NCBI GenBank assembly: GCA_051955535.1
Contig: JBQCGP010000085.1
Location: 19,361 to 83,360, forward strand
Direction of reading: 5' to 3'
Origin: Gaiellaceae bacterium
Lineage (GTDB): Bacteria > Actinomycetota > Thermoleophilia > Gaiellales > Gaiellaceae
DNA length: 64,000 nt
Positions 43,034-52,858 of this stretch are shown here, in pieces. The translations under genes and the position numbers were made by a program. The notes below the pieces were generated by a model that had not been told where the DNA came from, did no database searches, and was given only the letters and a program-made list of their open reading frames with translations. Within the stretch, counting starts at the first letter, position 1, and each line of letters starts with the position of its first letter.

Positions 43034-44455
43034 TTAACGGCGCACGTAGACGACGGCGTTCGTATCGTGAGCAACCTGCCGAAACACGTGCGAGTGGCGG
43101 AGTCGCCCGGCCGGCTTCTGGCCGCGGATCACGACCACCACTCGCGTGTCCTCGAGCGCGCGGTCACCCGTGGGTCGGCCGGCGAGCCAATCGAGGTAGA
43201 GACGCTGGTCCCGGCGCCTGAACGCGTCGAGCGGGTTGCTGAGCCAGACCCTTCCCTGATCGGCAGCAATCTGCTCGGCGGGAATCCCCTCGGCAAGGAT
43301 CGGCGTGCCGCCGGCCATCCGAATCGCCTTGTCGAGGAGTCGTCCGCCCGCGCCTGTCGAAAGGGGGCCGCGGGCCAGGCCGAAGACGGCCAGGACTCCC
43401 GCAGTGAGAACGAGCGGCACGGCGACTCGGAGCCTCCCTTCCCGTTCGAAACGGAGGCTTTTCGCTGCCGGGGCAGCAGCGAGAAACAGCAGCCAGACGC
43501 CGCTGCGCGCGGTCTTCCCAGTCAGCACGACCAGCCCGAGAAGGGCGATCGTCTCCCAGAGGGCAGGCCGCGCGCGGAAAGCCAGCACGAGCAGTGTGAT
43601 CGCGGCAGCAATGAGCAGCAGGTCGAAGCCGGAGGTGAGCGAAAGAGGCGCCCAGAGCCCCTCCCCGCGCCTCGCGGCCTCGTTGCGCAGTAGCCCGTAG
43701 TAGTAGTCAGGCGTGTGCTGGAACGCGGGGGTGGCGCAGATTGCCAACGTCGAACTTGCGAGAACGCCCGCGCAGAGCCACGGGTCGCGCGGCCCGCGGC
43801 CGAAGACCAGGTAGGCGACGGCGACCGCGAGCCCAACGAGCACCGCGCCATGCAGGTTCGACCACAGCGCGAACAACGGTACGAGCAGCCAGATCCGGCG
43901 GCCTGCAGACCTCGCGTCGGCTCGAAGCAGGGCTATCAGCACCGGAAAGAGCAGCACTGAGAAGAGCTGCGAGCGCACGACCACGAACACGGAAAGCGAG
44001 CCGAGCACGACGATGAGCAGGACAAGTGCGCCCGCGAACTCGTCGGCGCCTTCGCGCCGCAGGTCCCGGGCCAAGATCCCGAGTGCCGCTCCCACCGCGA
44101 TCACCTGCGCGGCGAGCAAGCCACGGTCTCCCCCGGCCACGATGAGGCCGCGGAAGACGAGCTCCGCCAGTACGGGAACGTTGTGCCAGCCCGCCGACGG
44201 CGCGCTGGCCCAGGGAATGTCGTTCGGGATCGAGCCACGGCGGGCGATGATCCGTCCGAGTGCATCGAGCCAGCGCGCGTCCGCGCCGATCGTGCCCGCG
44301 ACTGCCGTAAGCGCCGCGCCGAGCGCGATGGCGACCTCAAGAGGTCCGATCCGCGCGGATGCGGCCGCTACGCGGTCGCGCAGGGCTGGGGTGCGCGGGC
44401 TCAACGCGGCGACGATAGCCGTGCTTTCGGCCGCCACCCTCGGACGTGGCCGCAC
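43034..44455 (-). CDS. polytopic membrane protein, GT-C-like candidate
   Basis: 473 aa with about 11 TM helices (LFALWSNLHGAVLVGLAVAVAYLVF) and a soluble C-terminal ~100 aa. GTG start. Confidence 0.65.
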   Translation of the reverse strand: MRPRPRVAAESTAIVAALSPRTPALRDRVAAASARIGPLEVAIALGAALTAVAGTIGADARWLDALGRIIARRGSIPNDIPWASAPSAGWHNVPVLAELVFRGLIVAGGDRGLLAAQVIAVGAALGILARDLRREGADEFAGALVLLIVVLGSLSVFVVVRSQLFSVLLFPVLIALLRADARSAGRRIWLLVPLFALWSNLHGAVLVGLAVAVAYLVFGRGPRDPWLCAGVLASSTLAICATPAFQHTPDYYYGLLRNEAARRGEGLWAPLSLTSGFDLLLIAAAITLLVLAFRARPALWETIALLGLVVLTGKTARSGVWLLFLAAAPAAKSLRFEREGRLRVAVPLVLTAGVLAVFGLARGPLSTGAGGRLLDKAIRMAGGTPILAEGIPAEQIAADQGRVWLSNPLDAFRRRDQRLYLDWLAGRPTGDRALEDTRVVVVIRGQKPAGRLRHSHVFRQVAHDTNAVVYVRR

Positions 44456-44655
44456 GAGACGAGTTCTAGTAGCCGCTTACGCCTTGCGGCTGCGGACGTA
44501 CCAGAGGCCGCCGAGCAGCAGTGCGGCGACGATGGCAAGCACTACATAGGTCACGCTAGAGCCTTTCGTTCGACGTCATGGAACTCCTAGTTATTTCGTC
44601 ACGATCGGCCGGCGGCTCGCCTCCCCCCGCGGGCTAGTCTCCATCGCTCCTTCGG

Positions 44656-45564
44656 CTAGGACTTGATCCGGGTCCCGGCGCGGCCGGCCAGGGCCTCGCC
44701 AAGTGCGGAGGCCGAGGTGATCAGCGCTTCCCGTCCTGAGGCGAGCGCGAACGCGAGTGAGGCCTCCACCTTCGGGCCGATCGATCCCTCGGCGAGCTCT
44801 GGTAGCAGTGCTCTGGCCGATCCGGCGTCGAGCTCGGGAAGCTCCTGCCGGGCTTCGGTGCCCCAGCCGCTGTAGACCGCGTCTACGTCGGTGAGGATGA
44901 CGAGCCGCTCGGCGCCGAGGGCGATCGCCAGCAGCGCCGATGCGCGATCCTTGTCGATCACCGCGTCGAGGCCCGCCAGCCGGCCGTTCCGCGACGACAC
45001 CGGGATGCCTCCGCCGCCGCACGCGACCGCGATCGCCCCGGTGCCGACGAGCGTCCGGACGGCCTCGAACTCGACGACCTCGAGCGGCGCCGGCGACGGG
45101 ACGACCCGCCGCCAGCCGCGACCGGCGTCGCCGGCCACTTTCCAGCCGCGCTCGGCTTCGAGCTGTCGCGCCTCGTCCTCGGCGTAGAAGGGGCCGACCG
45201 GCTTCGTGGGCGCGCCGAACGCCGGATCGTCCTCGTCGACGCGGACGTGTGTCAGCACACACACGACCGGCCGCTCGGCCACGGCTCCGAGCTCCGACTC
45301 GATCAGTGCCCCGATCTCGGCCTGGGTCTGCGCAACCGCGAGGTAGAGCGGCAGCGGCGGCACCTCGTCGGCGGCCCGCTCCTGCCGGACCAGCTCGTTT
45401 CCGACCTGGGGTCCGTTCCCGTGCGTGACGACGAGGTCGCCGTCGCCGAGGAGCGGTCTCATCGCCTCGCAGGTCGTACGAAGGTTCGCGCGCTGCTCTG
45501 CCGCCGTGCCGCGTTCGCCCGGCCGCGTCAGCGCGTTGCCGCCGAGCGCAACGACCGTGAGCAC
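44656..45564 (-). CDS. arcC: carbamate kinase
   Basis: VLTVVALGGNAL...VVTHGNGPQVG...GGGGIPV...AVIDKDRASALLA. GTG 45564 overlaps the upstream stop by 1 nt. Confidence 0.9.
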   Translation of the reverse strand: MLTVVALGGNALTRPGERGTAAEQRANLRTTCEAMRPLLGDGDLVVTHGNGPQVGNELVRQERAADEVPPLPLYLAVAQTQAEIGALIESELGAVAERPVVCVLTHVRVDEDDPAFGAPTKPVGPFYAEDEARQLEAERGWKVAGDAGRGWRRVVPSPAPLEVVEFEAVRTLVGTGAIAVACGGGGIPVSSRNGRLAGLDAVIDKDRASALLAIALGAERLVILTDVDAVYSGWGTEARQELPELDAGSARALLPELAEGSIGPKVEASLAFALASGREALITSASALGEALAGRAGTRIKS

Positions 45565-46901
45565 TACACCAAGGCGGTCTCGATGATGCCGCGCTCCTGG
45601 AGGATTTCGGCGAGGCCGGGCTCGTCGAGCTCCTGGAGGCGGTAAGTGACGCGCAAGGCAGGCTTGTCGAGCTCGATCAGGCGCCGCAAGTCGATCGGCG
45701 TGCCGATCAGGACGAGGTCTGCGTCGGAGCGTTCGATCGTCGCGCGCAAGTCGTCCATCTGCTGACTGCCGTAGCCCATCGCCGGCAGGAGCGGACCGAT
45801 GCCCGGATAGTCCTCGAAAGTCTTCGCGATCGAACCCACCGCGAAGGGCCTCGGGTCGACGAGCGCCGCCGCGCCGCCCTGCTTCGCGGCCAGCACCGCC
45901 GCGCCGTAGGTCATCTCGCCGTGCGTCAGCGTCGGGCCGTCTTCCACCGCAAGCACGCGCTTGCCCTCGATCTCGATCCCGTTCTCCTCGATCGTGAACG
46001 GCGAGGCGGCACGGATGACTCGCGCGAGCGGGTTCGTCGCGCGGATCGACCCGAGCACGGCGTCGACGCCTCCCTCCGGCGCCGAGTCGACCTTGTTGAC
46101 GATGCAGACGTCGGCCATGCGCAGATTCGTCTCGCCCGGGTGGTAGCGGAGCTCGTGGCCGGGGCGGTGCGGATCGACGACGACGATGTGCAGATTCGGC
46201 TTCACGAACGGCGTGTCGTTGTTGCCGCCGTCCCAAAGGATCACGTCCGCCTCCTGCTCGGCGGCCGCGAGGATGGCGGCGTAATCGATGCCGGCGAAGA
46301 CGAGGTTCCCCTCTCCGAGGTGCGGCTCGTACTCCTCGCGCTCCTCGATGGTCGCGTCGGCAGCGTCGAGATCCTCGTAGCGCTCGAAGCGTTGAACGGC
46401 CTGCTTCTCGAGATCGCCGTACGGCATCGGATGGCGCAGGACGGCGACGCGCCTTCCCGCTCCGCGTAGCAGGCCGGCGACGTAACGAGTCGTCTGGCTC
46501 TTTCCGGAGCCGGTGCGCACCGCGCAGACCGCGACCACGGGCTTGGACGAGGTCAGCATCGTCTCGTGCGGCGAGAGCAATCGGTACGACGCCCCGGCGG
46601 CCAGCGCGCGCGAGCCGACGTGCATGACGTGCTCGTGGGTGACGTCGGAGTACGAGAAGACGACCTCGTCGACGTCGTGCTGTGCGATTACCGCTTCGAG
46701 CTCGTCCTCGGCGACGATCGGGATCCCGTCCGGGTAGAGCTCACCGGCCAGTGCCGGCGGGTAGAGCCGTCCCTCGATGTTCGGGATCTGCGTCGCCGTG
46801 AACGCGACGACCTCCTGATCGGCGCTGTCGCGGTAGACGAGGTTGAAGTTGTGGAAGTCCCGGCCCGCGGCTCCTGCGATCACCACCCGAGTCCTGTCCA
46901 T
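45564..46901 (-). CDS. cyclic 2,3-diphosphoglycerate synthetase-like / COG2403-type predicted GTPase
   Basis: 445 aa. VVIAGAAGRDFHNFN...VCAVRTGSGKSQTTR (P-loop). Family call from memory of this architecture. Confidence 0.7.
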   Translation of the reverse strand: MDRTRVVIAGAAGRDFHNFNLVYRDSADQEVVAFTATQIPNIEGRLYPPALAGELYPDGIPIVAEDELEAVIAQHDVDEVVFSYSDVTHEHVMHVGSRALAAGASYRLLSPHETMLTSSKPVVAVCAVRTGSGKSQTTRYVAGLLRGAGRRVAVLRHPMPYGDLEKQAVQRFERYEDLDAADATIEEREEYEPHLGEGNLVFAGIDYAAILAAAEQEADVILWDGGNNDTPFVKPNLHIVVVDPHRPGHELRYHPGETNLRMADVCIVNKVDSAPEGGVDAVLGSIRATNPLARVIRAASPFTIEENGIEIEGKRVLAVEDGPTLTHGEMTYGAAVLAAKQGGAAALVDPRPFAVGSIAKTFEDYPGIGPLLPAMGYGSQQMDDLRATIERSDADLVLIGTPIDLRRLIELDKPALRVTYRLQELDEPGLAEILQERGIIETALV

Positions 46902-46912
46902 GCGTAAAGGAT

Positions 46913-47389
46913 ATGCAGGTATGCAGGACGGACGCCCTTGCGCAGCTCGTTCGTAGAGGGACCGTGCGTGGAATCTGGGCAGTCCTTCTCGTCGCCGTGG
47001 GGCTCACGGGGACGTCCGCTGAGGCGCAGGTGCGCACGCACGCGATCTCGACACACGGCCTCCAAGTCACCGTTCCGGACGGCTGGAGTCGCGCCGGACT
47101 ACTCAGCAATTGCTCGGACCCGCGACAGGTGCTCGCGCTCGCTTGGCCTAACGATCGCGCGGTGATCCTCGTCCTCGAGACGCACGACAGGTTGTTCGCC
47201 TCGCGTTCGAGCTTTCAGCTGCCTTCGCGGCCGACCCGTCTCGAAGGCTGTTGCGACCAGCCGAGCGGGCCGGGCTATCGGTTTGCGTTCCGCGAGCGCG
47301 GCCGCGAGTTCTACGCCTACGTCTTCTCGAAGGACCGTGCCGCCGCACACAGCGCGGTTGCGGTCCTGAACACGCTACGCGTCAGCTGA
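46913..47389 (+). CDS. hypothetical secreted protein
   Basis: Signal-like IWAVLLVAVGLTGTSAEA. An alternative GTG start lies at 46964. No family recognised. Confidence 0.45.
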   Translation: MQVCRTDALAQLVRRGTVRGIWAVLLVAVGLTGTSAEAQVRTHAISTHGLQVTVPDGWSRAGLLSNCSDPRQVLALAWPNDRAVILVLETHDRLFASRSSFQLPSRPTRLEGCCDQPSGPGYRFAFRERGREFYAYVFSKDRAAAHSAVAVLNTLRVS

Positions 47390-48875
47390 GCTCTTCGCCG
47401 ACGCGGTCCGCGACAGCGGACATAGCGAGCTCGGCGCCGGTGACGTCCTTGAGCAGCTCGTCGGCGTTCGGGCGCTGGCCTTCCGACCAGAGCTCGCGAA
47501 GCAGGGAGCCTGCCTCCCGCTTGGTGAACCAGGTGTTGCCGAACCGCTCGCGCAGGTAGGCGCGCAGCTGCGCCTCGAAGGCCCACGAGCGCAAGTATTC
47601 GGTCACGTAGAAGCCCGAGTCGATGTCGGCCAGGTAGTCGGTCTCGCTGGGCTCGATCTTCAAGGCATCGCCGAGGAGCTCGACGTAGCGCGTGCTCATC
47701 GCGGTCACGTCGTTTTCGACTGCATGGAACTCGATCTCGTAGAGAAGCTTCGCGCAGTAGCGGCGGACGAAGTAGAGAAGCCCGGTTGCACCTTCCCGAG
47801 CGAACTCGTCCGGACGGCCCACGTCGAGCCGCCGCGTCAGCCAGGCGGGCTCGTCGGTCAGGTGCTGGAGCAGCATCGCCCAGCCCTCGGTGACCGCGTT
47901 GTCGCCTAGCCGCCGCTCCTCCATCGACAGCTCCGGCGAGGTGTGCGCGAAGTGCTCGGTGTGGCCCGCTTCGTGGAAGAGTGCCCGCCAGTCGTCAGCG
48001 CCGCCGATCGGCTGGATGACGAGCATCACCTTGCCCGGAACCTCGATCGGCGCGCAGAACGCGCGCGGCGATTTCGAGGGCCGCTGCTCGAGGTCGAGGT
48101 GGACGTTCTCCTGCGCGCGCAGGTCGATGCCGAAGTCGGCGAGGGTGGCCTCGAGCGCGGGCAGCATCTTGTCACCCGGGAAGAACTCGTCCCACGCGGG
48201 CGCCCTGAACACGCGGCCGACGTCCCAGCGCTTCGCCTCGTCGAGGCCGAGGCCGATGCGGTCACGGAAGAGCTTGTCGGTCGCGTCCTCGTACATCCGT
48301 TCGGTCGACTCGAGGACGGCGCGACACTGCGCGGCGAGATCGTCGAGGCGGTAGCCGAAGCGTCGGTAGAGCTCGACGTAGGTCGGGGAGCCGAGCTCCG
48401 GGACCGCCCGCTGGCTGATCGAGACCGCGTCGAGGTAGATGGGGTTGAGGTGCGCCTCGGTCAGATCGGTGCGCGCGCGGTCGAGCCGCTCGCGCTTGTC
48501 GCGTTCCTCGGTGTTCGCAATCGTCGGCCGAAGCATCCGGTACGGAACCGTCTCGCCGTCGACCTCGGCCTCGAGCTCGGTCTCAAGGGCGGCGACCTTC
48601 TCGCTGTGCTCCTTGGTGAGGTTCCCGAGGTAGCCCTCGCAGGAGAAGCGCCAGAGCTCGCGCACGCCTCTGTCGCCGTCTACGCCTTGACCGAGGGCCT
48701 GTGCCCATTCGAGCTTCGTGAGGTCATGGTGGCGTGCGTAGATCGGCTCGAGCTCGAGCCGATCCTTGAGACCCGCGAAGTGGACGTAGTACTCCTCGTC
48801 GAGCTCGGCGATGAAGCGGTCGGCGTCCTCGCGGTAGCTCTCGAGCTCCTGCGGGCTGGGCGGGGCGCTCGGCAC
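47382..48875 (-). CDS. M3-family (oligoendopeptidase F-like) zinc metallopeptidase
   Basis: HEAGHTEH (HExxH) with a downstream E. GTG at 48875. The longer ORF N-terminus overlaps yjbQ in antisense. Confidence 0.8.
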   Translation of the reverse strand: MPSAPPSPQELESYREDADRFIAELDEEYYVHFAGLKDRLELEPIYARHHDLTKLEWAQALGQGVDGDRGVRELWRFSCEGYLGNLTKEHSEKVAALETELEAEVDGETVPYRMLRPTIANTEERDKRERLDRARTDLTEAHLNPIYLDAVSISQRAVPELGSPTYVELYRRFGYRLDDLAAQCRAVLESTERMYEDATDKLFRDRIGLGLDEAKRWDVGRVFRAPAWDEFFPGDKMLPALEATLADFGIDLRAQENVHLDLEQRPSKSPRAFCAPIEVPGKVMLVIQPIGGADDWRALFHEAGHTEHFAHTSPELSMEERRLGDNAVTEGWAMLLQHLTDEPAWLTRRLDVGRPDEFAREGATGLLYFVRRYCAKLLYEIEFHAVENDVTAMSTRYVELLGDALKIEPSETDYLADIDSGFYVTEYLRSWAFEAQLRAYLRERFGNTWFTKREAGSLLRELWSEGQRPNADELLKDVTGAELAMSAVADRVGEELS

Positions 48876-48893
48876 AGGCCGTAGGATAACGGG

Positions 48894-49292
48894 GTGCGCG
48901 AGATCAGCTTGAAGACCGAGCGCAAGACCCAGTTGCTCGACATCACGGATGAGGTGCAGTCGGCGCTCGGCGCGACGAACGGCGCGTCCGCGGCGCTCAT
49001 CTACGTCCCGCATACGACCGCCGGCGTCACGATCAACGAGGACGCCGATCCCGCCCTCGCCGAGGACATCGAGTCGGCGATGGAGCGGATCGTGGACGAC
49101 AACGGCGGCTGGCGGCACTCCGACGCCGACGGTCCGAACGCGCCCTCACACATCCGCGCCTCCCTGATCAGCCCTCAGGTGCTCGTGCCGCTAAGCGACG
49201 GTGAGCTCGCGCTCGGGCGCTGGCAGGGGATCTTCTTCTGCGAGTTCGACGGGCCGCGCGAGCGCAAGGTGTACGTCACCCCACTGACGTAA
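48894..49292 (+). CDS. yjbQ: YjbQ/UPF0047 family (secondary thiamine-phosphate synthase) protein
   Basis: ITDEV......G...I.VPHTTAGVTINE.ADP....D.......H......N..SH......L.G.WQGI.F.EFDGPR.R. Confidence 0.9.
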   Translation: MREISLKTERKTQLLDITDEVQSALGATNGASAALIYVPHTTAGVTINEDADPALAEDIESAMERIVDDNGGWRHSDADGPNAPSHIRASLISPQVLVPLSDGELALGRWQGIFFCEFDGPRERKVYVTPLT

Positions 49293-49357
49293 TCTCGTAA
49301 CACCCCCGCAACGGACTCTTCATTCCAATTCAACACGGACCGGTTTACGTTTCTCTC

Positions 49358-50794
49358 GTGCGGCGCCCCTACCTGATCGCTGCCTTGCTCTGTCTGGGCG
49401 CGTTCGCTGCGGCCGCAGTCGTTTTCGTCAGCGGCGCCTCATCGCACGGCGCACCGCGGCCCAAGGCAGTGCCGCTGGACGGCATCCACAAGATCAAGCA
49501 CGTCGTGATCATCATGCAGGAGAACCGCTCCTTCGACTCCTACTTCGGGACGTTCCCCGGCGCCGATGGGATCCCGATGGACCGGGGGGAGCCGCTGGTC
49601 TGCTCTCCCGATCCGAGGACTCACGTCTGCATCGAGCCGTACCACGACCCGCACGACCGGAACGTCGGCGGCCCGCACGATCACATCAACGCCGTGCACG
49701 ACATCAACCACCGGCTGATGGACGGCTTCGAATGGCAGGCGCGCGCGGTCCTGAACCATCTGTGTGGCCCCGACCCGAACCAGCCGGGATGCATCCACGG
49801 CGGCCGGATCGACGTGATGGGCTACCACGACGCGCGCGAGATCCCGAACTACTGGGCATACGCGAAGAACTTCGTCCTTCAGGACCACATGTTCGAGCCC
49901 GACACGTCCTGGAGCCTGCCGGTCCACCTGTTCGCCGTCTCGGAGTGGTCGGCGAAGTGCTCGAGGCCCGGCGACCCGATGAGCTGCGTCAATGCGATCC
50001 AGTCGCCCCCGTCGCCGCCTGGGGAGCCGCAGTCGACCGGCTCACGACCGGACTACGCGTGGACAGACCTGACCTACCTCTTCCACAAGCACCACGTCTC
50101 GTGGCGCTACTACGTCTTCAAGGGTGGTGAGCCGGACTGCGAGGACAGCGGAGCGATCGTCTGCAATCCGAAGAAGCAGAACGCGAGAACGCCGGGTATC
50201 TGGAACCCATTGCCGTGGTTCACGACAGTGCGCCAGGACCACCAGGTGCGGAACATCCGCTCGGTCAGCCACTTCTTCTACGCCGCGAAGCACGGGCTGC
50301 TCCCGCAGGTCTCGTGGGTGATCCCGAACGACAAGGTCAGCGAGCACCCGCCCGGGCTCGTCAGCCGCGGCCAGGCCTGGGTGACCGGGCTCGTCAACGC
50401 GATCATGCGCGGACCGGACTGGAACTCGACCGCGCTCTTCCTGACCTGGGACGACTGGGGCGGCTTCTACGACCACGTCGTACCGCCGGTCGTTGACCGA
50501 AACGGCTACGGGCTGCGCGTGCCCGCAATCGTCATCTCGCCCTACGCCCGCCGCGGCTACATCGACCACCAGATCCTCAGCTTCGACGCCTACGCCAAGT
50601 TCATCGAGGACGATTTCCTGAACGGGGAGCGCCTCGATCCCGCGACCGACGGGCGGCCCGACCCTCGTCCCAGTGTCCGCGAGAACGCGCCGATCCTCGG
50701 CAACCTCATTCGCGACTTCGACTTCCGGCAGAAGCCCCGGCCTCCGATGCTCCTACCGCAGTGGCCGGGCTTCCACGAGAACAAGCGTCGATAG
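49358..50794 (+). CDS. phosphoesterase family protein (phospholipase C / AcpA-type)
   Basis: Signal peptide, then [26 protein letters not shown], the hallmark of this family. Confidence 0.85.
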   Translation: MRRPYLIAALLCLGAFAAAAVVFVSGASSHGAPRPKAVPLDGIHKIKHVVIIMQENRSFDSYFGTFPGADGIPMDRGEPLVCSPDPRTHVCIEPYHDPHDRNVGGPHDHINAVHDINHRLMDGFEWQARAVLNHLCGPDPNQPGCIHGGRIDVMGYHDAREIPNYWAYAKNFVLQDHMFEPDTSWSLPVHLFAVSEWSAKCSRPGDPMSCVNAIQSPPSPPGEPQSTGSRPDYAWTDLTYLFHKHHVSWRYYVFKGGEPDCEDSGAIVCNPKKQNARTPGIWNPLPWFTTVRQDHQVRNIRSVSHFFYAAKHGLLPQVSWVIPNDKVSEHPPGLVSRGQAWVTGLVNAIMRGPDWNSTALFLTWDDWGGFYDHVVPPVVDRNGYGLRVPAIVISPYARRGYIDHQILSFDAYAKFIEDDFLNGERLDPATDGRPDPRPSVRENAPILGNLIRDFDFRQKPRPPMLLPQWPGFHENKRR

Positions 50795-50804
50795 CCTGGC
50801 GGGC

Positions 50805-52172
50805 GTGGCCGCGCCCGTCACGAAGGACCAGGAGCTCGAGCTCCACGTCGACTCGCTCGCCTACGGTGGGAACGGCGTCGCGCGGCTGAACGGCTTCGTC
50901 GTCTTCGTGCGCCGCGGGTTGCCCGGCGACACGGTCCTCGCGCGAGTGACGAAGGTGAAGCGCAGCCACGCGGAGGCGCTCGCGGTCGACGTCGTCGAGC
51001 CGAGCCCAAGTCGCGTCGATGCGCCCTGCGCGCACTATCCGGCCTGTGGCGGCTGCCGCTTCCAGGACCTCGCGTACGCCGCGCAGCTCGAGGCGAAGCA
51101 GGAGCAAGTGCGTGACGCGCTGCGGCGGATCGGCGGGATCGCGGAGCCGCCGCTCGAGCCGGCCGTGCCGGCCGAGTCCGAGTTCTTCTATCGCAACAAG
51201 CTCGAGTATTCCTTCACTGCCGCGCCGGGCGGCCCCTCGCTCGGGTTCCACAAGGCGGGCCGCTGGGACGAGGTGCTCGAGGTCGAGAAGTGCTGGCTGA
51301 CCACCGAGCTCGGCAACGCGATCCGCAACGCGGTCCGCGATTGGGCGCGCGCAGAGCGGCTCGAGCCCTACGACCAGGCCGACCAGAGTGGCTACCTCCG
51401 CCATCTCGTCGTCCGCGAGGGGCGCAACACCGGCCAGGTCCTCGTCCAGCTCGTCACGGCCGCGGGCGAGCGCTTCGACCGCGACGAGCTCGTCGAGATA
51501 CTGCGCCGCTTCCCCGAGGTACGTTCGATCCACTGGGCGGTCAACGAGACGCCCGCAGAGGTGACCAACCTTCCGACGACTCTTCTCTGGGGTGACGAGG
51601 CGATCGAGGAGGAGCTCTGCGGCCTTCGCTTCCGCGTCCGGCCGGGCGCGTTCCTTCAGACAAACACCGCGATGGCGGAGAGGCTTTACTCGCTCGCCGC
51701 CGACTACGCTGGGTTGACCGGCGGCGAGACGGTGTACGACCTCTACTGCGGAATCGGGACGATCGGGCTGACGCTTGCCTCACAGGCGCTGACCGTGTGG
51801 GGCGTCGAGGTGTCGGAGGAGTCGGTGGCGTGCGCCCTCGAGAACGCCGACCTCAACGGGATCTCGAACGCCGCTTTCTTCGCCGGCGAGGTCGGTGCAT
51901 CGCTCGAGGAGCTCCAAGACCGTGCCGGCCCGCCCGACGTCGCCGTGGTCGACCCACCCCGCGCGGGGCTGTCGGGGAAGGCGCTACGGCGGCTCGCGCG
52001 ACTCGCGGCGCCGCGGATCGTGTACGTCTCGTGCAACCCGACGACGCTGGCGGGCAACGTCAAAGAGCTTGACCGCGAGTGGGGCTACCAACTAGAGCGC
52101 GTGCGCCCGGTCGACATGTTCCCGCACACGCCGCACGTCGAAAGCGTCGCGCTACTGACGCGGGCGGCGTAG
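50805..52172 (+). CDS. rlmD: TRAM-domain 23S rRNA (uracil-C5)-methyltransferase (RlmD/RumA family)
   Basis: TRAM N-terminus, Fe-S cysteines (C..YP.CGGC.FQ), the SAM motif DLYCGIGTIGL, and VDPPR.G...YVSCNP.T. GTG at 50805. Confidence 0.9.
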   Translation: MAAPVTKDQELELHVDSLAYGGNGVARLNGFVVFVRRGLPGDTVLARVTKVKRSHAEALAVDVVEPSPSRVDAPCAHYPACGGCRFQDLAYAAQLEAKQEQVRDALRRIGGIAEPPLEPAVPAESEFFYRNKLEYSFTAAPGGPSLGFHKAGRWDEVLEVEKCWLTTELGNAIRNAVRDWARAERLEPYDQADQSGYLRHLVVREGRNTGQVLVQLVTAAGERFDRDELVEILRRFPEVRSIHWAVNETPAEVTNLPTTLLWGDEAIEEELCGLRFRVRPGAFLQTNTAMAERLYSLAADYAGLTGGETVYDLYCGIGTIGLTLASQALTVWGVEVSEESVACALENADLNGISNAAFFAGEVGASLEELQDRAGPPDVAVVDPPRAGLSGKALRRLARLAAPRIVYVSCNPTTLAGNVKELDREWGYQLERVRPVDMFPHTPHVESVALLTRAA

Positions 52173-52736
52173 CCGCTTCCAGAGCACGTCCGCGTTCGCG
52201 AGCAGGAAACCGAGTGAGAGGAGCGGCAGCGCGGGGAGCCCCGGCTTGTTCCAGGCGACCGCGATCGCGATCGTCGCGCCGAAGGAGGCGACCAGAAGGA
52301 CCCAGGTCGGGAGCACGCGGAGGCCGAAGCGCGCGGCCGCGGCGAGAAAGAGGCCGAAGAACAGGATGTCCGGCAGGCCGAGGTTCGCGGAGCTGTCCTC
52401 GCCCGGCACGGGGAACGCGATCGACAGCGTCGAGAACACCTGGCGGTGGTGGTGGACGATGTGGTTGGTCGGCCCGCGCCAGACCGAGTAGGCATCGACC
52501 CACGGGACGATGCAGGCGACGAGCACGACCCACGAAAGCGCCTCGAAGAAGTTGAGGAACCAGAAGGCCGCGAACGTCATCGCGAAGAGCTTCGAGAAGT
52601 CGGCGAGCGTGTTCAGACCGGCCTCGTGAAGCAGCAGGGCCAGGACCGCGAAGGCGACCGCGACCATGAGCAGCTCGACCTCGCGTGCCCTGGAAAGCGG
52701 CAGCACCAGGTAGACGAGAGCGAACACGGCAGGCAT
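52152..52736 (-). CDS. hypothetical polytopic membrane protein
   Basis: Hydrophobic C-terminal ~195 aa of a 561-aa ORF whose upstream part is antisense to real genes. The start is uncertain (ATG 52736 or further upstream). Confidence 0.5.
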   Translation of the reverse strand: MPAVFALVYLVLPLSRAREVELLMVAVAFAVLALLLHEAGLNTLADFSKLFAMTFAAFWFLNFFEALSWVVLVACIVPWVDAYSVWRGPTNHIVHHHRQVFSTLSIAFPVPGEDSSANLGLPDILFFGLFLAAAARFGLRVLPTWVLLVASFGATIAIAVAWNKPGLPALPLLSLGFLLANADVLWKRLRRPRQ

Positions 52737-52858
52737 CAACACGAACGACAGAAAGGCGACGTCGCCCCAGGTCGAGGTATCCGGCAGCGACTCGTGGAAG
52801 CGGTAGTAGAGCCCGAGCGCGACGGCGAGCGCGGCGAACGCCGCGGCCCGCCGGGTCC

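Noticed and set aside
44591-45428. ORFs 44591-45262 (-) and 44940-45428 (+), both extremely Arg-rich.
   Set aside because: They are alternative frames of the carbamate kinase gene, with low complexity and no motifs.
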